A DNA stretch of 64,000 nucleotides from Cyanophora paradoxa CCMP329 (lineage: Eukaryota; Plantae; Glaucophyta). Below are positions 1 to 13,050 of this stretch, one piece after another; the stretch's first letter is position 1, and every line of letters starts with the position of its first letter. The notes under the pieces were generated by a model. It made no database searches and was not told where the DNA came from. It saw only the letters and a list, made by a program, of their open reading frames with translations. The translations under genes were made by a program, and so were the position numbers. The DNA lies in NCBI GenBank assembly GCA_004431415.1, contig QPMI01000115.1, forward strand, positions 62,001 through 126,000. The letters are read 5' to 3'.

Positions 1-17
1 TCGGAGCGCGCTGCCAC

Positions 18-3000
18 GTGTCGCACTGCGGCTTTTTAATGGGCCGCTCACACTGCGCGCCGTGGAGCCAACGATGCCATTCCCCGGTCAATAGTGCTAG
101 CTTTATGATCATTATAAATAATTCAGCACCGGTCTCATTCTTGCCTATGCGTGCAGGTTACCTGCCGAGCAGCCCGGATCTGTGCGAATTCTACCCAACC
201 AACTATGAGACTCTGGACTTGGGGCAGGATCTTTTTGCAATCTCGGTCATCAGTGCGGACTACCCCTACCCCGCCGGATTTGCATTATCGCCCAAGACGT
301 GCACGACTGCCGGTCGCGAATACATTCTGGTTGCTGGTGAGGGCAAGTTCTGGCTTGTTCCTGTAGACGTTCTTGCTTCCAGCAGCGCCACAAACCAGCA
401 AAAGACCGAATCAATGACTATTCTTCATGCCGACACTTCAAACTTGGAGATATTCTATGACACTCGCGGACCCCAGTTCCTTGCATTCGGAACATCAGAA
501 GTGGCTGTAGTGCAGGACTGCTCACTGGTTGTGGGCGTTCTGCGCCAGGATGGGCGAAGGGTGATTAGCAATACTCGCGCCGGCTGGGATGATTTTCCGG
601 ACATTTCTTGGAGTGTACTCTTTCTGGTTCATCTACCTGAGATCATTTCCCCCGGAACATACATAAACGTGCCTGTGGTGCACAAGAGGCGTGACGGCAG
701 TAACGTATCCGACATCATGCGCTTCATCACCATTGGTGACATTGGTGGCAGTGATGGCGGTCATGCAACCCTGACGGCATGGAATAAGCAGGATGGGCAG
801 CCCCCGACCCCCATTAAGTACTCCAAATTCACCGAGTGGACACGTGGCTTTGCGCGAGAGCCTGAACTTGTTCTCGTAGACATCACCAGATACTCACCCA
901 CTCCTGGAATGGTGCCCTTTGAATGCCTGATTTTGTTGATTTTCTGATTTTGTCACCGCTTTATAGGGGAACAATCGATTTGAATTCAAGGGCGGGATGG
1001 GAGTTCTCGCACTGCGCAACGGTCCTGGCCCAGATCTGACTAAAGGAGTCGAATTGTGCTATCGGCAGCAGCTTGTGTTTGTTCCTCTCCTGGAGGCAGC
1101 AGAAGACCCGTCGGCTTTCTGGTCAGTGGCGGAGCTGGGCTGCAACCCTGCATCTGATACCTATATGGGGAGGCGTTTCGATCTTCTTCGGCAGCGCCGA
1201 AAGGCGAATCATGCTCAAAGCTCAATGATTTCTAGGTTTTCACTGATCTTATTTGACAGATACTATTGCTTGCTGACGGCAGAACTGTTGCGGTCGGAAG
1301 TGACACAGGGGACATAATATTGCACGCAATTCTTAGCCCGTCTGACATTCCGCATAGGTCGGATATGGTGAGTCTACCATCTGTGGGTCTCTTTTCTCGT
1401 CTCATGTGTATTGACATGGCATTCGTTTGCAACAGAGTAAAATCAAAGCTGTTGAAGGGTCCATACAGTGTCTCGCAGCGGACACGAGCGGAGCACTCAT
1501 GATGATAACCGATGATAACGGCATTTTCGCTCACATTAAGCTCTCCAGCAGCGCACGGCGATTCGCTCCTGCCCGCCGAATCAAGGTTTGTCAACTTTGG
1601 CCATATAGCAATTCAAGTATGCCCTGGTTTCCAATATGTGCATGTTTCGAAATCGCCAGGGCCTCACGGTGTATGATGGACCTCTTGGGGGCACACTAAG
1701 TACTCTGAACTACATCGACGCTGCAAAAGCCGTAGAACGCACTGCTCCGAATACATACTACGAGGACCTCGGACCCAACAGTGGTGTATTTTTGACAAAG
1801 AACAATTCATGTCATTTTGTTCTTGTTGGACAGACGAAAGAATTGATCTAGGACGTTGACAGCGCTTCGAGCATTTTTAGTGTATTACAGCCAACTCAAA
1901 TTTTGTCCGGGAGTACGCTGGCGACAATGCAGCGCGTACTCAGCACGCAGCCAAGTCATCTGCTAGCCTCCGACTTGTGCCCCGATTGCAACAATCCTGA
2001 CTTCAATTTCCGCTGTACGTTGGCTTAATTGTATTCGAGATTCAAAACATTCCAAGCGCACTCCATACATTCTAAGCGCATGTCTGCAGGGTTCGGGGAG
2101 CACCCACAGAGCGGCGGGTTGCTTGCCCTGTCCGCTACAGGAGGGGCTTTGTTCACAAGTAGCGAAACTGGGGACGCACGATGTTCTCATGCAGCTTCTC
2201 TCAAAGCAACAAAAACATGGCTTGCAATCTTGCTGCACTAGCTTTTCTGCACCGGGTGTTTGTAAACGTTGCAATTGATTCTGACACCCGACACAGGTCG
2301 TGGCGAACGGGCTTGGACACAATGCCCTGGCCGCAAATAGTGGAACATTCGGGTGTCCGAGTGTCTACAAATATCAATTTTCGGCCTTTTGCAACTGGCG
2401 ACGTATGCGCCAACTGCTATGGTCCTTCAAAATTGTATGAATCGGTTACATCGTGCGGGGAAGTGCTTCCACGTTGCCATCGTGTTTCGAAAAGCCAACC
2501 ACTCAGACCGAAGGATGCAAACTTCTTTCCACACCCTTCCGAACCATTCGTTCCTATAGCATTTGCAAGCGGTTCATTTGACGAAACAGCACCCCATGGG
2601 TATGCCGCATTGGCGGGCATAATTTACGCTCTCGATGAAGAGGTACTCGAGCTCGTCGATTTTGATTAAATTTTGCGCATGCTAAGCTTAGTCATTGATC
2701 ATGGATTGCATCGCTTCGCAGGGCTTACCAAATGCTGTTCAGTCGTTTTCAATATTCAATCAATCTGATCATGACATCAGATCCAACTTCGACTTCATGA
2801 AGTCAGAGAGGATTGTACAATTTCCTTGGACACCTGAATTCTTCGACAATATACAGAAATGCCGAAGGGAGCTGTATGACAGCAACTTGCTCTTCAAAGA
2901 TCAGGACTTATTTAGCGAGTGTGCCCCATACAAGAGAAACGAATTCGATTATCGCCAAACTCTTCGTGACTCTCCAGAAGAAGCTTATTTCCATGCTTAC

Positions 3001-5200
3001 GGTGCATATAGGCGTTGCATCTCTTTCACATTGGTCATTCGGGGCACTTGCAGATATGCAGCACGCTGCTGGATTCAACCGGAATGCGTCCATCTGCTTC
3101 TTTTGTTTCAGCTTATTTGGAGTTGCGTCGGACAGAAACGTGAGCTGGAAGGACTTTGACTTCGATTTCGACGCTTCAGAAGAAATACATCGCCGTGCAA
3201 GCGAGGCATTTGACGTGAGGTAAAATCTATACCAACCATTCCGTGCCCGCGCGAACGTTGTACCGACCAAGATGTCAGTACCGTCCAAGGAGGCTATGCG
3301 GAGTTGTGGGAGCAAGTATTACTTGTCTCGGTAAATAGAACGGTAAGAGCACAGTTTGTAGGAGTCCGGATGAGGCTTGACATGGAAGCAGAATGCAGCC
3401 TGGAGGGTTTCGGATGTGCTGCGGATTTCAGGCATTGACATGGATTTAGGTATACGTTCTTGCCGGCGGTTGTTGTTTTGGGAAGCTCAAGGCCTACTTA
3501 TTGTGGACTTGTGAGCTCTTCCCTCCATTTCTACCGATGCGAGGCTCGCTAGCCTTTCTGACGTGGGCGTACAAAGGCGCGCAAGTGTGCTTGGTGTGGA
3601 AGTCAAAAGTGATGGCACATTCGGAAAGTTCATGCGCATGACAGCACCTATACAGCACACGAACTGTGCGTTGACAGTAAGCTTGTGCTAAAAAGCACTA
3701 AACACGCACAGTTGTTCCATTTTCGGAAGACCGCCTAGCATTCCCGGGGGGAGACCGCGGTGAACTGGCAAGCATTAATGAAGGAGCCAAGTTCTTCCAC
3801 TACTCGTTTACGGCTTTTACCGGCTACAAAGTGACCCGCGGAGGGTAAGCAGCGCTCCCGGATCCATGCTATTTGATTGCGACTGACATTCGATTCACAC
3901 AGGCCAGTTCTCGGTGCCGATCGTGAATTTTTCGGTACTTTCGACTTCAGTTTCTCATCTTATTGCAGAAGAGTGCTCGATTTACTTATCTTTGGATGGA
4001 TCAATACTTTGGACGGTAGACTCTGCCGCCGCCCGTGGATTTACATCCAAAGAAGCTTTTGAGAAATGGGATCAATCTTCGAATTCCGTTATTGAGCTTA
4101 CATTTGGCCAATATCCGCCTAGAGCCTCCAAGAGTGGTGCATCGGTGATATATTCCACAATTCGACCTTGTATTTAAGACGGCCGCTAGGACGATTTTTG
4201 GCAGTGTGGAAGACTTTGACGGAACTGGAGCTTTGGGATCTTGAGAACGGATCGGAAGCTAAACTAAGTACTTTTGCAAAAACTCTGTCAATCGACGAAG
4301 CATTTGTGGATGCGAATTCCGGTGCTCGTCTTCCAGCCATCCCCATTCCAAGTGATGACGGGTGCAAACGTTTCCGAATAATCAATACGGGTAAGATCTT
4401 GAAAACCGCCTTATACCTTGTCTTTTCAGGAACTTTATCAGTCTCCGTTACAAGCGAGAAGATCAGAGTTTTGCGATTCGAATTATAGTGCGCAATGTAG
4501 CTGCCTCCAAGATTTGCAACCTGAATATGCTCTTGATGACCACGGTTTTGTTGCAGGATCTCAGGCGCGAAACGCTAGTCGTGGAGGCATGCTCACGAGT
4601 CAGCCGAACTCTAGACGCTTCAGAACTTGAAAACACATATGGAAGCAGCAACTTGCGAAAGTCCAGTATTTCGAATATATGTAGCCGGCAGTTCTTAGAA
4701 GCGTCTCCCAGAAGATCTCAAGCAGTTCCTGCGGCGCCTATCATTCAGCTTTTCGCTACTTCGAGTACAGCGTTGCGAGCTCTTGTATACAGCACACACG
4801 CTGGCGACACTATGCCCAGTCTCGCAGAACTCAGATGCACCTCGAACGGCAGATCGTTTACCAAGCATGCGCCCATCATCTTTTCTGCGGAACCGTATTA
4901 TCGTGATATAACAAGCCCAACACGTATGGCGTTGCAGATCTGCGGTCGCCGATTGGATCGTTATCTTCCTCGGCTTGCACTGGCGCATTTTGATGTCACC
5001 GGTCTCGTGCCGAATGCCACGTGTCAATGTACGGCCACTGTTGAAAGCGATGCTGGCAGTTCGCCTAGCTCGACAGCCACTGCACATGTGCGACTTGCCA
5101 GTAGCGGGAGAAGCAATTTTTTGCGAGTATCATCAACGTTTGATTTTGGCTTATTTACCGATGGCTTCTGGCATATAAATCTCGGGAGCCTTCAAAAGAC
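18..5200 (+). CDS. Multi-exon coding region of unknown function; probably the N-terminal part of the CUB/Kelch gene (may be a separate gene; start may lie outside the window)
   Basis: Chain of + strand ORF pieces (18-947, 2181-2669, 2695-3223, 3914-4488, 4488-5471) separated by short GT..AG segments in a uniform, moderately GC block. No recognisable domain. Confidence 0.45.
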
Positions 5201-8200
5201 GGAATCGCACACTAAGATTGAGCAATTACCGCAGCCGTATGGCTCTTTTTGGGGCGACAGTCCACGCCCTGGCTACCCGACAGAGCTTCTTATTTACGAG
5301 TTCGATTATGGCATTCCTGCTCACTTTCCGACATGCCCCATCAAACGGCGCTACTGTGAGCTTGCCTATGAAAGCATGGAGAGCCTCCACACGTGCTGGC
5401 TTCCAGGCTCGCCCTCCGGATCCTGGGTCAACGTAACAATGGGAGGCATGTCACAAATATCGAGGCTGTGAGTCTTTGGAATTGATGATTGGATGAGTGG
5501 AAAACAAATTGATCATCCACTTCGCAGAAAAATTGAGAACGGATGGAATGCCTCGCGCATTGAGTTCGTTGTCACCGATATTACTTTTGCTTCAGACTCT
5601 GCAAACTTGACCCTCCGCATTGATGTGAGTCTAGGTTTCGTTTCGACTGTATTATATTCCCGGTCCCAACTACATTATCGCCACCTTCAGTTTGAGGGGA
5701 TGTACCCAACTGGCCTTCCAAGTTTCCGGGACGACGGGAAACATCGAGACCGCGTTCTTATCACAGGAAATTCCGCTCCAATTACAAAGGATCCTATTAT
5801 TTTTAAAACACACTTCAGCGCCTGGCAATCACCAAGGATGTTGAACTTTTTCACTGTAACCGCTAAGAGTTCGACTTGGATTTTCTGGCATGGCCAGAAC
5901 ATCTCTGACTTGTCCGGAATCGCAATTCAAGCCCGCTATAGAGTAGTCACACGTCAAACACATCGGAGGTTGCTCAAGGAATACCCGAAAATATCTAGTT
6001 CCGGTTGTCCTCTTTCAGCGCCCTGTTTCGCTTCTCGGAACTGGAGATGGCTAGAGGAGGGGCCAACGCTTCAAGATTTGAAGGTTGGGCTCACTCGACC
6101 CGAGCCTTGGTCAGCTAATTCATGGCTTTTGCAAATAAACATGTCTGATCTCACTGCAGGCACTTGGAAGCTCCGCTCGGTCAAAAAGTGCAAGTTGAAT
6201 TCGCGAGTTTCGATCTTCCCCCGGAGTATTTTGTCGAGGTAGGCATCCGTCAAGTGCAAAGAAGGTCGGGTAGAACGACTGAGCGTCAACAGGCTCGTGA
6301 TGGATTCTCGCATGAGTCTCCTGTGATACTCAGACTATCTGCTGCGGACGGGGCTGGCGTCCCTGTTACGTATACACCAGTATCAAACGTGACTATGAGC
6401 AACCGTGCCCGCATTAAGCTGTCATCTACCAGCTTCTCTCCAACTACACACTCCTGGATGGGATTTGTGGCGCGTTTCAGGGCCATGGGTGCGCCTTTCC
6501 AAGCGAATTGTTCAAGCAAATGTGCACGTCGAATTTGCAGCTGCAGCCTTACGCTTGCCCGTGCGCAGATCCATCTGAGGACGTAGTAGCTAACTGCACA
6601 TTGCAAGTCAAGTGCAACTTGGCGGCTAGCACGGCTTACATTAGCTTCGAAGGCGGGTCTGCAACCTCGATCACTATCCAATGGTACGAATCATTCCGTG
6701 CCCAAAGCGCACGTGCAACCTTTTCTCTTGATTTTCTTTGTCACTCTGATTCTCGCGAAATATTACACGAGCAGGCTTATCTCTGCGGAAAACGGATACG
6801 GAATTGAGATAAGCTTCCTCGTTTTTGACATATTGCGTGCAGAAGACATCGTTTACGTAAGCACCGCTAGCGCGGTTGAACACACAGCCCCTCACGCACT
6901 TTTGTGCTCTGCACAGCTGTACGATGGAAATTCGGCAAATGCATCTCTTGTGGTACAGCTTAGATTCTCAGAATACGGCCGCCAAGAAAATTTGCCATCA
7001 TACATCACAGGCAGGGAGGCCTTCATAGTGCTTGATCGAAGCCCGGTTTTTGAAGATGAACCCGAGGGTTTCAAAGTGCGGTTCAAAGCTGTGAACTTGA
7101 TGAACGGTGATTTTTCTGCAAATGGAACAACGCCCACACCATCGCCCTCCGCAAATTTGGGCTTGCGTATGCAGTTTGCTCATCAATATCAAACAACTAG
7201 CCAATTTAATTGATTCACTCTAATTTGCACATTTCAGCTTTGAATAGATTCTCCATCACTCCACTTGTCGCTGGCTTGAGCCGGAGAATGCAAGCAGCTG
7301 GAACATTCTTCCGCATCACCGGTGAAGGGCATTTGCTCGTGTCCGGCGGGGTCGATGACAGCTGGAACCATTTTAGAGACATCTGGACTGCGAACGTCGG
7401 TGCGTGGTCGCACATGTACGTGAGTTTGCTGATTGGCTTTGTCTTATATTTGCACGTTTATATAGATGCATCTCGTTCAAGGCTCGAGGCTCGCGCCATG
7501 GAAATATGGACTTACAGAATCGCGAAGATGCCATTCCGCGCCAGGGGTCATGCCTGCGACTGGGACCAAGGATCGTTTATCTATTGCGCGGGAGGTACTG
7601 ATGGCGCCGCGCTGCTCTCAAGTTTTTGGAGGCATCCTACGAGTCTGGACACGCACAATGAGCTGCAAAGAATGCCTAGTGGCCGGTATGGCCACTGCCT
7701 GACTGTGTACGACGACAGTGTCTGGGTGTGAATGCAATTATATTCTTTGATCACTTCGTATAACTAATTACTGCATCACAGGTTGCAGCGGGCTTCTTCT
7801 TGTCTTCCAAAGAAGACAGCATCACGATTGAGAAAACGGATGAACTCATTCGATTCTCACTTACAGACGTCATATGGAAGACCGAAATTGCTAACGGATC
7901 AGGCTCTCTAATGAGTCCTCGCGGATGGGTCGCCTGTGCTCGCATGGGTATGTATTGCATGCTTTCCTGAATCGAATGTGTGTGTTCAATCGATATCACT
8001 GAATCGAATGTTGTACACATTGAAGGGAGCAAGTGGTACATATCTGGAGGCACGGTGGATGCTTTGGCTGCAGAGAAATCGTACATTTTGTGCGTAAACC
8101 TGTACCTGTTCAAATCTCAGCATTTGCTGCATTTAACAACTGTCGCAGTGCCGTTGAATTGTCATCATCACTCGTTGGTTCTCGGGAGTACAGCCGGCTT

Positions 8201-9267
8201 GGTCATTTTGAAGACAAAGGGGTACCAATGTTACCTGGGGGCGTTTTAGGAGGCTGCAATTTATTCAACGTTCTTGTGCGAGGCAACAAAGAGAGCGCAT
8301 TTTCAGTGTTCGACATATCCGGCGGCTCTGTTTCCTCCAACTTTTCTACCGATTTTAGCTCCTTCAAACTTCAGCATGCTGCGTACGGGTCTGATCCGGA
8401 CAGCTGCACAATGTGCGCTCTGCATTCACTTCGAATTCACTACATTCGCTTACGTATTAATTATAACTTACGCCACCGCACAGATTCACTGCTACAGGCA
8501 ATGAAGGGGTCGCCGGGAGTTGGAGCAGAGCCAGCTCTGACATGTACATGCATGCGCTTCACCATGAAGTTCCAGGTGCAATATGTGTGCAGGCTGTAAC
8601 TAGCACTGTTGTATGGCCTGATCAATACTTTTCTAAGACATAGATATGTATCCACTTTGTGCTTCGTACAATCCATGCCACCTTAAAGGAACGACGACGC
8701 CCGCAACGTTTGAGGATGGTCCTGTTGGGCGGGACTATGTTGAAAACCTCCACCGGACATGGTAAGCATATGCATTTGCGAGCTGTCATCTTCATGCAGC
8801 ACTCATCTGATGGCACGATTAACTCCAGGATACTTAAAGTACCTGCGGGCTTTATCATCAGAATAGAATTCCTCTTATTTGACACGTGCGTGTTTGCTCT
8901 CTCGCTCACTTGCGAGTGCATAACCTGCACTCCTTCAGGGAAGAGGGCTATGACTTCGTGCAAGTAAGAAAAGAATCCTGTCGCGCGGATTTATGCATTT
9001 GTCTAGTGAGGTTCATTTGTCGTGTGCAGATCTATGACGGGCCGGACTTGAACGTCTTTCAAATTGCAAATCTAAGCGGAGAACTCGCTACACCTTTTGA
9101 GTTTACAAGCACCGGTCAATACGTTTATGTTCAGTTTTTAACCGGTGTGTTCGATTTCTATAAATAAGATTTTGACGAGTAGAACTCACTCTTTGAGAGC
9201 AGATATGTTGATCAACAGCCGTGGATTTGTTGCAAACTTCTCGGCTATATATGTTGCCAAGACATAG
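5200..9267 (+). CDS. CUB-domain + Kelch-repeat protein (attractin/MEGF8-like architecture), multi-exon
   Basis: CUB-like exons: WHLEAPLGQKVQVEFASFDL...GFVARF (~6160-6480); LISAENGYGIEISFLVFDI...LYDG...GFKVRF (~6775-7090); VPAGFIIRIEFLLFD..EEGYDFVQ|IYDGP..LSG..STGQYVYVQFLT|D...GFVANF ending at TAG 9265-9267. Kelch motifs: LLVSGGVD..DIW, RARGHAC..IYCAGGTDG, GRYGHCLTVYDDSVWV, WYISGG (~7320-8060). Confidence 0.75.
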
Positions 9268-9353
9268 AATATGCATTTGGTGCACGCTATTGTCTCAGAG
9301 ATGGTGTAAATCACCGGTACCGGTACTGACGCTAGATCTTCTCTCGGGCGATG

Positions 9354-9461
9354 GCGGGGGTGGGGGGGTGGGAGGGGAGGGGGGCGGGGGGGCGGGGGGG
9401 AGGGGGGGGCGGAGCGGGGAGGGGGGGGGGCGGAGCGGGGAGGGGGCCCGCGGGAGGGGGG
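9354..9461. repeat. G-rich homopolymer/low-complexity tract
   Basis: Runs of G with sparse A/C at the boundary between the AT-richer and GC-rich blocks. Confidence 0.85.
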
Positions 9462-9547
9462 GCCTGATGGGTCGCCGGGTCGCCTTGCAGCCATAGAATA
9501 TTGCGTAGTAACATAGCATAGTTATTTTTTGTCTTCTTCGGAACTGC

Positions 9548-9628
9548 TAGTGTATTAGGGACTGATGCCCCAAGTAGACAAACAGCTTAGTGTATTAGGG
9601 GACTGATGCCCCAAGTAGACAAACAGCT
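9548..9628 (+). repeat. Tandem direct repeat, 2 x 40/41 bp
   Basis: tagtgtattaggg(g)actgatgccccaagtagacaaacagct at 9548-9587 and 9588-9628; the copies differ by one G. Confidence 0.95.
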
Positions 9629-9815
9629 AATGCTACCTGCCTACCCTAGGCCTAAACCTACAAACACACTGCGAATCTAGCTTACTCCCCACTATAGGGT
9701 CTCCAGCTAGACGAACGCCAAGGGAATCTCCCTACGGCGAAGTTAACGACCGCAAGGTCGACGTCGCATCGCCATACAGGCGTCCCCGACGTCGACGCTC
9801 CCTGAGCCTCTCCAC

Positions 9816-12019
9816 ATGGCGCAGACTAGTACGCGCTGGGCCGCGCCTCCGCCTGCTGTGTCGCTCCGCCGACACTTTTCCAGATTCCCAGAATGTCCGC
9901 GCTCGGCGCCATCGATATCTGCCTCGTCATCCCGCACGCCGGTGCATGCCGCACGCCCGGCGAGTCGGACCGCGACTTATCGCCTCGCAAGCAGAATCTC
10001 AACAACGTCAACGCCAAAGCGCCGGCCTTCGCGCCTCGCAACCCGACCTCGTCGAAGAACTCCGTCTCTTCCGACGACATGCAGACCGACGACTCGCCGT
10101 CGGGACGGCCGACGGGCTCCTTCAACCCGGCCGCAGCTGCGGGCGCGCCGTCGGCGGCTCCGACCAACGTCGTCATCACAACACCAGTACCCAGTTTCAT
10201 AGCTTGACAACAAGGCCGCCGTCCAGGAGACACTGCAGACGCTCCGCTTGATCGACATCAAAGACGTCAATGGCGACCGGTATGCGTGCACGGCGCTCCG
10301 GCCGTCGTCGGTTCGTTTCCGTTCTGACTCTGACCAGGATTCACTTCTACTCCACCGTTCTCATTGCCGATGATGAGAACCCTACGCTCGCCTTCCACGG
10401 CATGCCGCCCATCAGTACGTCCCGCCGAGCCGCTTGCCTTCGCGTGCACTGCCGCGCGACACGCCGCATCCGCCACAGGTGCACGTGGCCGCAGCTCCAA
10501 GGAGACCGACAACCACTCGCGATCGCACGTCCGGCATGAAAGCCTCAAGGAGCTCGTCGCCTCCGTGACTCAGCAGGCCTTTGCGGCCGCGCGGATTCCT
10601 GAAATCCCGCCCGTAGATGAAGTCTTCGACGCCATCCTCGGCATCGGCTACTCCGCCTCGACGTTCGTGAATGACCGCAAGGAGCGGCTCAACGCGCGTC
10701 CCGTCCTCTTCGCCGCCCTCCCCCGCAAGGTGCGCGTAGCTACGTATACGTGCACGGGCCGAGCCCTATCTCCAAACTAACGCGCGCGGCCCGGCCGACG
10801 CAGTACGCGGACGTTCTCGTGGCGATGTCGAAGGATCTTCGCCTCTTCTACTGCGAGCACCCCGTCTGCGTCGTCAACGCGACGGCGACGCGGGAACAGG
10901 TGCTGCCGATTAGCGAGCTTCCCAAGAACGCTTTCGTCCTGCTGATGATGGCGCCCAAGGGCCGGCGCCCGTGGGGATCGTTGGTGCGCGCATCGCAATC
11001 ATGCGCGCACCTTGCCTGACGCACCTGCGCCCCAGGTCGCGCACTTCGTCCCTGCGGTCTGGAGAACATCCACCACTGGGAGGTGTACTACGTCTCGCCG
11101 TCCACGAAGGCGCCCTTCGCTCTTCGCCTCTGCCTCCCCGAGGCGGACTTCCTCCGCTATGCCAACGGCCCCTTAACTTTCTCGGCCCGCACCCGATGGG
11201 CAACGCCCGGCCCCAAAGCGACCGACATCCGCTTCCGCCTCATGGCCGAACCAACCGGCGAGTTGCTCGGCAAGATCTGCTTCTCGGTGCGCCCCGCGGG
11301 GCGCCGCAGGCCACGTGCACTCGCCCCGCTGGGACCGCCGCGCGCACACTCACCCGCGCCAGGCGGGCTGCATCATGGACGACCCGTACGGCCACCCCTG
11401 GACGAACGACTGCCCCAAGGAGCGCGCGGAGTTCATCAAGTCCACCGCCGCCCACGCGGCAGCCAAGGCGGTGCGCGCCTGCGGCGCGCCCGCGGGATCC
11501 CCCGTGGCGAAGGCGGCCACCGATGCGGCCCGTGCGGCCGCCGAGCGCTCGGCCAGCGCCACCTTCCAGCATGCAGGACGACCTCGCGCGCACGCGCACC
11601 GCCGTCAACGCCGACGACGACGGCGGCGGCGACGAAGACGACAACGTCTCCGTCAGCACGACGGCCAGCGCCGTCCGCCGCTTCAGCCTTTTCGAGATGC
11701 AGCGGCCGGTGACCTAACGACACCAGTGCCGCCGCCCGCAGATCCGATCCGTCGCATCGAGCGCCGTGCGGCCGAGCGCACCGCGGCCGCTGCCGCCGCC
11801 GCGATCAGCGACGTCCCCGCCGCCGCGTCTCCCGGCTTTCAGGAGGCCGTACGCCAGGCCATCCTTTCCGTGGGGTCGCCCGCCGCGACCGCCGTGGCCA
11901 TGCCGCCGTCTGCCCCGCGCCAGCAGCACTTCCGGGAGAGCAAGCGCACGCTGGCCCTGAAGGCTGCGGACGAGGCCGCCCGCAAGGCCGTTAAGCGGCT
12001 CGCCCAGCAGCAGGCGTAG
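9816..12019 (+). CDS. Intron-containing retrotransposon ORF1/gag-like protein with a CCHC knuckle-like motif (putative)
   Basis: Spliced reading gives ...GKICFS|AGCIMDDPYGHPWTNDCPKE (C-x4-C-x6-H-x5-C), followed by an Ala-rich, Arg-rich basic tail ending KRLAQQQA* at 12019. Exons are separated by GT..AG introns. No RT ORF follows. Confidence 0.45.
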
Positions 12020-12360
12020 ACCAGAACTTTTTCTAGGCCCGCAACCTCTGCGGCCAGTCCTAAAGCAGCCCGTTTTCTCTTTCTTTTTTCTTTCCTTTCA
12101 TGAGCCCGCTGCCTTCTTTCGCCTCTGCCACCTCTCACTTTCTCAACGATTAGCCTGTCAGTCATCTTTGGGTCCCGGCCCTTAGCCTCATTCGACAGAC
12201 TATGTAGCGAAATTTGTTTCTCGCGGGGCTGCACCCCCTTCCTAGAACAATTAGTTCTCTTGTGTGGGCGCAGCCCCACTGCTTTCACGAAGGCTTTTTG
12301 AGATTTTTTGCCTTCGGCCCCGCAATTTAGACTAGAGCTTAGATAGGCCGAAGCCTGGAT

Positions 12361-12503
12361 GGGGGGGTGGGGGGGGGGGCGGGGGGAGGGGCGGGGGAAG
12401 GGGGGGGAGGGGGGTGTAGGGGGGGGGCAGGGGGGGGAGGGGGGGTGGGGGGGAGGGGGGGAGGGGGGGATGGGGGGGGGAGGGGGGGGGAGGGGGGCGG
12501 GGC
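12361..12503. repeat. G-rich homopolymer tract
   Basis: About 140 nt of nearly pure G. Confidence 0.9.
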
Positions 12504-12786
12504 TAGGAAGATGGTGCCCACATAGGTAAGGACGCGCCCGCTCAGGACCCCGCGGCGGCGACGGGAGTGGGAGGAGGTCAAGCTGGCGTAGACCCGAACG
12601 TGGCGTCGGCAGGGCCCAGGGCCCGTAAGGCCGAGGTTTAGGAGCTTCGGCTCCCCACGTTCGGCCAGCGACGACCTGCTCCCGGAGCCCCGCCGCACCC
12701 GTGGACTTGGGCGGCGCGATTCAAGACCCAGCGTTCGAGCCTGAACCTACCCTCTCATCTATTCCTCCCAACCTCTTCTCTCGACC

Positions 12787-13050
12787 GGCCATGTTTTAGA
12801 ACCAGCAAGACGGCATCTAGGACCGTGTAGCTCAGCATGCCCACGCCTCCTACTTGCGGACCGGCGCATAATATGTGCTGGGGGTGACCTGACGGCTACA
12901 GCTTCAGCATCAGCTCGACTACGACAATAAGCTGTGGAACCGAGTTCGCCCTTTTTCCTCAATGTAGCTTGGCTTCCCAGTATCCGGTAGGCGCGGAGCG
13001 GGGGACTGCTGTCATGTGTGTACGAATGGAGCAGACTTTCCAAAAAAACC
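12787..13050 (+). repeat. Dispersed diverged direct repeat, copy 1 (~260 bp)
   Basis: Aligns with 14606-14865, e.g. ggaccggcgcataatatgtgctgggggtgac vs ggaccggtgcatattatgttctggaggtgac, and tcccagtatccggtaggcg...gtgtgtacga...actttccaaaaaa in both. Confidence 0.85.

Noticed and set aside
9548-9628. CRISPR array
   Set aside because: Only two abutting units, no spacers, no cas genes, and a eukaryotic context.
9640-9662. Telomeric repeat (ccctagg/cctaaaccta)
   Set aside because: Too short and irregular to call.
9676-9760. HDV-like or twister ribozyme
   Set aside because: Could not fit the required nested pseudoknot or conserved core by hand.
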